A stretch of 64,000 nt of DNA from IMG/VR virus record IMGVR_UViG_2690315807_000003, positions 3,696 to 67,695 of that record, one strand, 5' to 3'. Below are positions 56,861-64,000 of the stretch, piece by piece. The DNA is from a virus (taxonomy: Duplodnaviria; Caudoviricetes). A program made the translations under genes and the position numbers. The notes below the pieces were generated by a model, which saw only the letters and a program-made list of their open reading frames with translations, searched no databases and had not been told where the DNA came from. Position 1 is the first letter of the stretch. Every line of letters starts with the position of its first letter.

Positions 56861-57889
56861 TCACATCCCTTGTTTTGCTCTTAGTTCAGCAATCATTTTT
56901 TGAAGATCGTTTTCGGTGTACTGTTCGCCTAGCACTTCAGGAACAACGTTTTCAGGAGGCACCTGTTCTGCTGCACGTTGTGTATCCGATTGATTCGAAT
57001 TTTCTGTGTTCGAAGCATGGAGAGCTTGAATCACTGTAGAGCAGTAGTTCACGCTCCTGATCTCGTCCCGAGAATGCTTGGGTTTAAAGTTGTCAAACGC
57101 TTTGTCAACTCCATCAAGAGCCGTTTGCAGTGGCACCTTGTCTCTGATCAATTCGGAAATACTCACCTCATCCGCTGGAGATATATCCATGCCCTTACCT
57201 CTGCGTTGTAAATACTTGCTAGCAACCGCGTTGCGATAATCCAATTCAGTCGATGATATTTCATCCTGTCCAGAGTCAGCATCTGTTTCAGGAGTGGCAG
57301 GAACGGTACCTTGCCGGGAAGACGGTATCCCCTCATCTTTGGAATCGTTATCAGCCTCGGGCGATAAACAACAACTACTATCTTTTTCTTGTTCTAAATC
57401 TAGTTCTAGTTCTGTTCCGTTACCGGGCGTTACAGTAACGTTACCTGTAGCGTTTCCTGTAACGTTACAATCTGGATTAGTTTTTTGACCTGGATAGAGC
57501 AACTTCTGCTTCTCTCGAAACTTGCGAACCCTATCATTAGTTTGTGCTCTGACCTTATCCATGCCATCAATATTCTGATGCTTCTCCCAATTCGGGAGGA
57601 AGTAAGCTCCGTGTTCAGAAACTTCTAACATACCGAATCTCTCAAAGATGGATAAAGCCATTTTTATAACAGGTAAAGGACGTTTAATAGCAGACAATAG
57701 CATTTCTTCTGTATATGGGATGTTTTCAGTCAACATGATGTATCCTCCCATATTTGCCTTGCCGGTCATTGTCAGTAACTTGAGCCATATTACAATGATC
57801 GTATCAGCCTCAGGCATGTCTTCAATGAGTTCAATCTTTGTATCACTGAACATTCCGGTACTGAGTTTGATCCATTTTATTTCTGCCAT
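56861..57889 (-). CDS. Phage replisome organizer / replication initiator
   Basis: IKWIKL..F.D.KI..IWLKLL, NWEKHQN, RVRKFRE. Confidence 0.9.
   Translation of the reverse strand: MAEIKWIKLSTGMFSDTKIELIEDMPEADTIIVIWLKLLTMTGKANMGGYIMLTENIPYTEEMLLSAIKRPLPVIKMALSIFERFGMLEVSEHGAYFLPNWEKHQNIDGMDKVRAQTNDRVRKFREKQKLLYPGQKTNPDCNVTGNATGNVTVTPGNGTELELDLEQEKDSSCCLSPEADNDSKDEGIPSSRQGTVPATPETDADSGQDEISSTELDYRNAVASKYLQRRGKGMDISPADEVSISELIRDKVPLQTALDGVDKAFDNFKPKHSRDEIRSVNYCSTVIQALHASNTENSNQSDTQRAAEQVPPENVVPEVLGEQYTENDLQKMIAELRAKQGM
57418..57469. repeat. Iteron-like repeats, candidate replication origin
   Basis: Clustered GTAACGTTAC palindromes inside initiator gene. Confidence 0.6.
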
Positions 57890-57912
57890 GATTCAACCTC
57901 GCATTATCAGCC

Positions 57913-58320
57913 CTACCTATTCCCGCTGGCAGGATTGTTGTACTCAGCCAGCAGAACCTTCAGGCTGTATTTTAATGAGTTTATAACTTGGTCATTACTT
58001 TCTACTGCGTTATGCCATCGAACCTTGTCTGCCTCGGCATCGGCTTCCTGAAGACGGATCTTGATGATAGCGAGTTCCGCACGCTGAGCTTTGTCTTTCC
58101 CAGCAGCAAGGTAGGCTTCTGCATATACACGCTTGCGTTCAGCGTATAGACGTTTATAGTCCCTCACCGCCTCCGCAGCTCTCCGGCCCAATAAAACTTG
58201 TACCTCCGTCAAATACCCAATCTTCCGCGCCAGTGTAGCCGGATAATCGTGACTGCACTGTTCAGCTAGACTGTATAACTCGCCTAGCGAATATTGTTTT
58301 TGTAAAGACAATGCAGTCAC
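57913..58320 (-). CDS. Hypothetical helical protein
   Basis: 135 aa in early operon; RBS aggag. Confidence 0.7.
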   Translation of the reverse strand: MTALSLQKQYSLGELYSLAEQCSHDYPATLARKIGYLTEVQVLLGRRAAEAVRDYKRLYAERKRVYAEAYLAAGKDKAQRAELAIIKIRLQEADAEADKVRWHNAVESNDQVINSLKYSLKVLLAEYNNPASGNR

Positions 58321-58334
58321 TCCTACTTTAATTT

Positions 58335-59033
58335 TTAATAATCATCACCATAATAGGTATCTACTTCATCCTCATCGACAATAACCTTTGCGCCTGTAGC
58401 GAAAATTTGGAACATTAATTTGTCGAAGTCGTAAAACGATGTCATGATCTCGTTGTTTTTGGATAAATCATGACTGTCAATTTTGGAATTGTAGACATGA
58501 CCTTCTTTATCTAAGTGAAGTTGATATTTATAATTGTATTTCGATCTGCTAGAGCGCCATGATTCTGTACCGTCACTTTCAGGATCAAGGTAAATGTGTT
58601 TGTAACCGTAATCGCTCTCTTCAAGAATGAAGCCTATTTTTTCGCCATCTTTATCGTGATCCTCGTTCTTATCCTTTTTCATAGCCTCAACTAACTCAGA
58701 TAACTTGTATTCTGACTTGACGCCAACTAGCATTTTTTCCATATTTTCTTTTATTTTTTGGACACCCTGAATGTGAAGCGCTGTTTCCAATTGGGACTTC
58801 ACTTCATTCAAAACCATGAGATTGTATCCGCCAATCCCAAGTTTGCTCATATCAATTTCCAGTTGTTCTTTTACTTGGTTTTCCAACTCTTTACGGAAAT
58901 CTCCATAGGAGCCAAAGTAATCTTCAACGACTTTTTTGATAGTAGTCTCCAATTGCTTTTTAATAACTTCTTCAACAAACCCATCCTTTTGAATATTCTC
59001 CATAGCATCATTTACCAGGATATTTAAATTCAT
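58335..59033 (-). CDS. Hypothetical protein
   Basis: 232 aa; RBS aggag. Confidence 0.75.
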   Translation of the reverse strand: MNLNILVNDAMENIQKDGFVEEVIKKQLETTIKKVVEDYFGSYGDFRKELENQVKEQLEIDMSKLGIGGYNLMVLNEVKSQLETALHIQGVQKIKENMEKMLVGVKSEYKLSELVEAMKKDKNEDHDKDGEKIGFILEESDYGYKHIYLDPESDGTESWRSSRSKYNYKYQLHLDKEGHVYNSKIDSHDLSKNNEIMTSFYDFDKLMFQIFATGAKVIVDEDEVDTYYGDDY

Positions 59034-59131
59034 ATTTTCCAGCTCCTATTTTCAAATTTTGAATTGCATGGTATACTGCCGTTGAATTGTTTTTCAAATG
59101 ATCGTGTTGGTAGCACGATTAACTTAAGGAC

Positions 59132-59494
59132 TCATTTGATACTGTTGTTGCGGTAGACTCTTCTGCAATAGTAGTTACAGAAGAGTCCTTCTTCTTTTGG
59201 ATCAGGAAATTTTTGTCCAGAGAACACTTCTCTATCACAGTGTTTACACAAACCAATCACTGTCCCTTCAACCTTATAGCCTGATGGTTCTTTCCAGATT
59301 AGTCCTTCATATTCTGCATTCTTATCGATTGAGCGTTCTAATTCCTCAAGATCGTTACGGAGCATCTTAATTTGTTGTTTGATGGGTTTGATGCTGCGTT
59401 CCATTGCTAATGCATCAATCGCAGTATCACATAAATCTCTAATCTGTCTTCGCAGTACTCTGGTTTGCAATAACTCATGAGCACGTATCATCAT
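59132..59494 (-). CDS. Hypothetical protein with C-terminal CxxC..CxxxC
   Basis: CKHC..FCNYYC. Confidence 0.65.
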   Translation of the reverse strand: MMIRAHELLQTRVLRRQIRDLCDTAIDALAMERSIKPIKQQIKMLRNDLEELERSIDKNAEYEGLIWKEPSGYKVEGTVIGLCKHCDREVFSGQKFPDPKEEGLFCNYYCRRVYRNNSIK

Positions 59495-59606
59495 TTCTTT
59501 TTGGCAATGTTTTTTTGAATAATTGCATGTTGCAATGGTTTGTGTGACCAGATACGTGCCAAATCGTCAAGCGTCATGAATTTTAATCTCATAGGTTTCA
59601 ACTCCC

Positions 59607-60035
59607 TCAGATATAATCTTCCGGACGAAATTCCTTAATGAACTCAACCGCATCATCAAAGTCGATACGCCGTACATGGCTGTATTTCGCTACCTCAAAC
59701 CGATCTTTCAGTTTACTCCATACCATCCTACGATAACGACCGACCAGGTCCTTGAATTTCTCGTCAGACTCTTTGTACCTGTCCTTTGTTAACGAGTTCG
59801 ACTTCTTGCGGACAAGAGACTGGAGTTGGTAGCACTCCGCATCCGTAAGCGTTACGCTGTCCCGGACCTCCTGAACCATCATCTGGACCTCTCCAACCTT
59901 TTCGGCCACATCCTCTTGCATCTGTCTGATGCCATCCACCAAACCGCGAATCGCCTTACCTTGAGCTTCAGTTAACTGCATCTGTCTTTCGACAACCGAC
60001 AAGAAGTCAGTCTGGTTAGGATTAATCAATGTCAT
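59607..60035 (-). CDS. ORF6C-domain protein (antirepressor-associated)
   Basis: VWSKLKDRFEVAKYSHVRRIDFDDAVEFI. Confidence 0.8.
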   Translation of the reverse strand: MTLINPNQTDFLSVVERQMQLTEAQGKAIRGLVDGIRQMQEDVAEKVGEVQMMVQEVRDSVTLTDAECYQLQSLVRKKSNSLTKDRYKESDEKFKDLVGRYRRMVWSKLKDRFEVAKYSHVRRIDFDDAVEFIKEFRPEDYI

Positions 60036-61155
60036 TTCGTTCTACCACCTTTCTGGAATTGATTGCTGGTCGAAGTTGGTCAATGAAGGATTGAAGCATA
60101 TCAAGACCTTCTGACACCCGCTTTTTATCACTGGTACTTGCACCGGATACTGCGCCAAGCATAAACGAAGTGATACCAACCTTCTGAAGAAACTGTTTAA
60201 TGTGATAACTAACTTGGGTAGAGTTGTAGTCTGATTCGAAGCGGAGTTTCTTCAATTGAGCCGTTGCATACTGTTCATCGAAATCATCAGGTTGCTGAAG
60301 CTTAAGTGCCTCAAGTTCTTCTTTAGCTCTCTGATACCCGGATTTCAGATCTTCAACTTTCAGGCGTTCAGCTTCAACGTCATCATCGAGCTTTTCCTTC
60401 CAGTACTGGTCCCGCTCTTTGATCCTCCGAGTAACTTCCTGCTCTTTTTGTTCAAGCAAGACTCCCGTCTCTTCGTCTCTACGCTCAACAGCGGCCGCTA
60501 TTGCTTCGTCCACCTGATCGGCTGGAATCGCATCCTTGTATCGTCGCTGGAGCTCTTCCTTTTCATGCTCCGCTTGGTTAGCGCGTTTCTCAGCCTCTCG
60601 TACAGCAGCTTCAAGCCTTTCCTTAGTCTCCACATACGCTTTGTGTGTAGATATGATCCCTTCATCAAGTTGCTGGATGATTTCTGGTGTCGCATTTTCC
60701 ATGATGTACTTGGCCTTGTCGTAGGTTCTGCCTGATCCAAAGCCTGCTTGATCAGCTACGATATCACGGACTTGTCCAGCGGGATGCTCAGGTACATTTT
60801 CCTTACCTCCAGCCATCCGGTCCTTCGCCTTGATCCGTTCGACTTCTTCCAATCGTTTAGCCCACTCGACTCGCTCTGAGAAGGTGAATTCTTTCCGATG
60901 CTCGTTCTCGGATATTTCAAGCCGAAGCTGATGTTCGAAGTCGCTGATTTCCATCACTCGGACTACAACCTCTTTGCGTCCCAGGTACTGATGAGCACGC
61001 AATCGGCGCTCTCCTGCAATTAACTGATAATCTGGTGTTACTACTATAGGATTGATAAGTCCGTTTTGATCAATGTCTAGTGCCAACTCTTCAATGCCGC
61101 CAAAGTCTTTGCGAATTCTATCTGCAACCTTGATTTCGTTTATCTTAATTAACAA
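60022..61155 (-). CDS. ParB N-terminal domain protein
   Basis: GLINPIVV, LIAGERRLRA, EISENEHRK; long coiled-coil C-terminus. Confidence 0.85.
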   Translation of the reverse strand: MLIKINEIKVADRIRKDFGGIEELALDIDQNGLINPIVVTPDYQLIAGERRLRAHQYLGRKEVVVRVMEISDFEHQLRLEISENEHRKEFTFSERVEWAKRLEEVERIKAKDRMAGGKENVPEHPAGQVRDIVADQAGFGSGRTYDKAKYIMENATPEIIQQLDEGIISTHKAYVETKERLEAAVREAEKRANQAEHEKEELQRRYKDAIPADQVDEAIAAAVERRDEETGVLLEQKEQEVTRRIKERDQYWKEKLDDDVEAERLKVEDLKSGYQRAKEELEALKLQQPDDFDEQYATAQLKKLRFESDYNSTQVSYHIKQFLQKVGITSFMLGAVSGASTSDKKRVSEGLDMLQSFIDQLRPAINSRKVVERNDID

Positions 61156-61443
61156 TTACATTTCTCCTTTCTTCAAATGTTCAAAAAGCCATTGCCTTAG
61201 AAACTCTCTGGTTTCTTGAACGGGAAAATACCACTTTCCACCAAGCTTCGCTTTTATAAATCGTGGATCAAAGAAAAAATTATTCTGTATGGTGTTCCAA
61301 CTCATACAGGTTCTCTTCATTAATTCCTCCGAATCCCAGTATACGTATTCCGAATCCACTTCTTTTACTAATTCGGCAATGCGCTCTCGGGCAAGCTTCA
61401 ATACCTCTGTTTCATTAATGTTAATAGTCATCATTTTTTCCAA
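61156..61443 (-). CDS. Excisionase-like small DNA-binding protein
   Basis: ELMKRTCMSWNTI..FFFDPRF..KWYFP winged-helix-like pattern; follows cro. Confidence 0.6.
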   Translation of the reverse strand: MEKMMTININETEVLKLARERIAELVKEVDSEYVYWDSEELMKRTCMSWNTIQNNFFFDPRFIKAKLGGKWYFPVQETREFLRQWLFEHLKKGEM

Positions 61444-61468
61444 ATCGTCACCTCCGGATCATAATCGA

Positions 61469-61576
61469 AGGTATTTAAAATACCCTTGTGGATATAAAAA
61501 AATGCCGTCCTCAAACAATGGGTATTGACAATACCCATTAACAAAAGTATACTTCATATAGGTATTCTGACTACCT
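61469..61576. promoter_or_regulatory. Operator cluster and rightward promoter TTGACA-N17-TATACT (61525-61553)
   Basis: GGTATT-N3-AATACC palindromes at 61470-61484 and 61521-61535, degenerate copy at 61561-61575. Confidence 0.75.
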
Positions 61577-61582
61577 ACTGAA

Positions 61583-61786
61583 CTAAAATAATTCGTCTGG
61601 TTTTCCTTTTAGAACTTCACAAATTTTTAGCATTAATTTAAAACTTGGATTGACTCGACCGTATTCTAAGCTCTTGATATGTTCAGTAGAAACGCCAACT
61701 GCATTGCCTAGCATAGATTGGGTCAGCCCTTGTTGAAGTCGCTTGTTTCTAAGATTACCGCGTTTTTCAATCAGCTTCTCTGGCAA
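61583..61786 (-). CDS. Cro-like HTH protein
   Basis: GLTQSMLG..GVSTEHIKSLEYGRVNPS; divergent from repressor. Confidence 0.9.
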   Translation of the reverse strand: MPEKLIEKRGNLRNKRLQQGLTQSMLGNAVGVSTEHIKSLEYGRVNPSFKLMLKICEVLKGKPDELF

Positions 61787-61822
61787 TGTTTCTTCACCCC
61801 CTTTTATATAACTTGTATCCTG

Positions 61823-61866
61823 ATTATAAAGGGTATTTTAAATACCGTCAAGTATTTAAAATACCC
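61823..61866 (-). promoter_or_regulatory. Lytic promoter TTGACG-N17-TATAAT overlapped by two operators
   Basis: -35 at 61846-61851, -10 at 61823-61828; operators at 61831-61847 and 61850-61866. Confidence 0.8.
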
Positions 61867-61896
61867 TTTATAAAAAAATGTTTTGGAGGCTAGAGA

Positions 61897-62361
61897 ATGT
61901 CTTTAGGTGAGCGTATTCGTAACCGTAGAAAAGAAATAGGTTTAACTCAAATAATAATAGCAGAACATCTAGGTATGGGTAGATCCAACTTTGGTCATAT
62001 AGAAAACGATAGGGTTATCCCTTCAAGTACAGACCTAGAAAAAATAGCCACCATCTTAAAAACGACTCCGAATTATTTACTTGGAAACAGCGATCAAAAA
62101 GAAACCATCACTGACAATGCTGATGTACCTGACTGGGCAACGAATAAGGATATTGCAGATTTCAGAAAGATGCTTGAGAATGATCAACCTGTCCTCTTTG
62201 ATGGGGTTCCAATTGAAGGTGAAAAGCGTCAACGTGTGTTGGACATATTGTCTGGTCTATTCTGGGAAGCAAAGGAATTAAACAAAGAAACATATGGCAA
62301 GAAACGAAATAGCAAGAAACGAAATAGCAAGAAACCAAACGACCAAGACTCCAAAGAGTAG
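61897..62361 (+). CDS. CI/ImmR-like XRE repressor
   Basis: N-terminal HTH LGERIRNRRKEIGLTQ; followed by ImmA-like protease. Confidence 0.9.
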   Translation: MSLGERIRNRRKEIGLTQIIIAEHLGMGRSNFGHIENDRVIPSSTDLEKIATILKTTPNYLLGNSDQKETITDNADVPDWATNKDIADFRKMLENDQPVLFDGVPIEGEKRQRVLDILSGLFWEAKELNKETYGKKRNSKKRNSKKPNDQDSKE

Positions 62362-62371
62362 GTGAAATGGA

Positions 62372-62785
62372 TTGGATGATATCATTCACAAGCTTGTTCG
62401 TAAATATAAAACAACCGACCCTTTTGCAATTGCACAGGCAAGGAACATATTGGTTAGGTTTGTTAGTTTCGATGAGGGAACGCGGGGTCTATACTACCGA
62501 AAACTCAGGCGTAGATTCATTGTGATAGACAACGGCTTGACTGAGGAATGGCAGAGGGTCGTATGTGCACATGAACTAGCCCACGACTGCATGCATCCAG
62601 GTATAAGTCAGTTTTGGATGGATAAACATACCTTTTTTAACATTGGCAAATTTGAACGTCAAGCAAATACTTTTGCATTGAAACTTCTTACCTATGGCAA
62701 ACCATCGGAACAATGTGAATCCATGGAACATTATCTAATTAGTTGTGGTATCCCTCAGGAATTACACCATCTATATGAACTATAA
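62372..62785 (+). CDS. immA: ImmA/IrrE-family metallopeptidase (anti-repressor)
   Basis: TTDPFAIA, CAHELAH, ERQANTFA. Confidence 0.9.
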   Translation: MDDIIHKLVRKYKTTDPFAIAQARNILVRFVSFDEGTRGLYYRKLRRRFIVIDNGLTEEWQRVVCAHELAHDCMHPGISQFWMDKHTFFNIGKFERQANTFALKLLTYGKPSEQCESMEHYLISCGIPQELHHLYEL

Positions 62786-62835
62786 ACGTAACTTGCGCTT
62801 ACGCCGCTGCATGGCGGCTTCACATATATAAAAAT

Positions 62836-62849
62836 AGAACATACGTTCT
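62836..62849. promoter_or_regulatory. LexA (Cheo)-type SOS box upstream of integrase
   Basis: AGAAC-ATAC-GTTCT matches GAAC-N4-GTTC; adjacent to RBS aagggagg. Confidence 0.6.
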
Positions 62850-62866
62850 TTAAGGGAGGTTTTTGT

Positions 62867-64000
62867 TTGGCTAGCTATAAAAAACATGGGACTGGATGGG
62901 AGTATCGACTAAGGTATAAGGACCCTTTCACACAGAAATTTCGAGAGAAGGCACAAAGAGGATTCGATTCAAAAAAAGAAGCTCAGTTGGCAGTTAGAGA
63001 ATTTGAAAGAAAACTTGCTGCTGGCTATGAACAATCTGATTTATCGCTACAAGATTATCTGGATTTTTGGATCAACGAATATAAGAAAGGAAGTGTTCGT
63101 AAGAATACACTATTACTTCATCAGAACAACATTAAAAATCATATTATCCCATTTTTTAAAAACATGCTTATACGAGACGTGAAGCCAATTATGTACCAAA
63201 ATTTTATAAACCATATTAGTGAGAAAGGATATAGCCGACGTACGGTTGAATTGATTCATTCCACAATGCATAACGCCTTACAAAAAGCTGTTATAATCGG
63301 AAAATTAGAAAAAAATCCATGTCTAGGTGTCGAAATAAAAATTAAGCGCAAAAAGAAGGAAGTACACTTTATTGATTCCGATGATATACCATTGTTTATG
63401 CAAAACTCTCGTCATTATGGTTATGTATACTGGATATTTTTCCGAGTGTTAATTGAAACTGGTATGCGAAAAGGCGAAGCAGCTGCTCTAAAATGGATCG
63501 ATATTGATTTGGATAATCATTTTATTACAATTGATGAAACTTTAGATTTTACAGCGAAAAACAAAGAAGAATTATTCGGTGACACCAAGACAGAAAAATC
63601 AGAAAGAAAAATAAAAATTACTACAAATCTAGTAAATGACATCAAATTTCACAGAGAGTGGCAGGAACATAACAAAGGGATACTTGGGGATAGATACCAC
63701 CATGACCTTGATCTGGTTCTATGTAGGGAAGATGGAAACTTCATGCCTAAATCATCATTGTTCAATGCCTTCTCCCGCATCTTACAACGTTGTGATCTCC
63801 CATCCCTCCCCATTCACTCTCTCCGACATACCTGCGCGGTTCTTTTACTTGAGTCCGGGGCAGATATGAAATTCGTTCAAGAACAATTAGGTCACGGAAG
63901 TATTCAGATCACATCAGATGTATATGCCCACATCTCAGGCAAGATCCAGAAAAGCAATATAGATAGATTTGAGAAATTCACTGAAGAAATTTTCGAATAG
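62867..64000 (+). CDS. int: Tyrosine integrase
   Basis: Arm-binding N-terminus; TGMRKGE, HSLRHT, LGH, VYAH; ends at TAG 63998-64000. Confidence 0.95.
   Translation: MASYKKHGTGWEYRLRYKDPFTQKFREKAQRGFDSKKEAQLAVREFERKLAAGYEQSDLSLQDYLDFWINEYKKGSVRKNTLLLHQNNIKNHIIPFFKNMLIRDVKPIMYQNFINHISEKGYSRRTVELIHSTMHNALQKAVIIGKLEKNPCLGVEIKIKRKKKEVHFIDSDDIPLFMQNSRHYGYVYWIFFRVLIETGMRKGEAAALKWIDIDLDNHFITIDETLDFTAKNKEELFGDTKTEKSERKIKITTNLVNDIKFHREWQEHNKGILGDRYHHDLDLVLCREDGNFMPKSSLFNAFSRILQRCDLPSLPIHSLRHTCAVLLLESGADMKFVQEQLGHGSIQITSDVYAHISGKIQKSNIDRFEKFTEEIFE

Larger units (their letters stand above)
7565..64000 (-). mobile_element. Temperate siphovirus-like prophage (lysis genes to integrase); left cargo 187-7476 may also belong to it
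   Basis: Complete ordered set of lysis, tail, head, packaging, replication, immunity and integrase genes; att sites not identified. Confidence 0.95.

Noticed and set aside
5415-61155. ParA (5415) and ParB-N (60022) as one partition system
   Set aside because: Separate operons; the ParB-N gene sits in the early antirepressor position with an ORF6C gene; no parS array noticed.
62298-62335. 15 bp tandem duplication (KKRNS twice) in repressor tail
   Set aside because: In-frame duplication in a low-complexity tail; no sign of function.
1-64000. tRNA, rRNA, CRISPR array, IS elements, attL/attR
   Set aside because: None recognised by eye; the att site beside the integrase probably lies beyond nt 64000, so prophage ends cannot be fixed.

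Overview
A near-complete temperate siphovirus-type prophage of a Bacillota host (gene content suggests Paenibacillus; this is an inference), mostly on the minus strand. Right to left: tyrosine integrase with LexA-type box, ImmA-like protease, CI/Cro switch with palindromic operators, early/replication genes (replisome organizer, DnaI-like loader, beta clamp, HNH, C5 methyltransferase, ASCH, YopX), late regulator, a second short tyrosine recombinase, terS/terL, a ~10 kb accessory island between terL and portal, head, tail (2300 aa tape measure with NlpC/P60 and SLT domains), lysis genes, then AT-rich cargo including a ParA-led three-gene operon. Most notable: (1) the methyltransferase hosts a 316-319 aa out-of-frame nested gene with its own RBS, five WxTP repeats and the motif IX-like segment missing from the outer frame; (2) three late modules each begin with the same promoter motif followed by an intrinsic terminator; (3) the terL-portal island mixes defence-like and bacteriocin-like cargo with relics of other phages' late regions and a duplicated structured-RNA candidate; (4) a dif/lox-like core site abuts the second recombinase. 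All calls come from reading motifs by eye; no database searches were run. att sites were not located.
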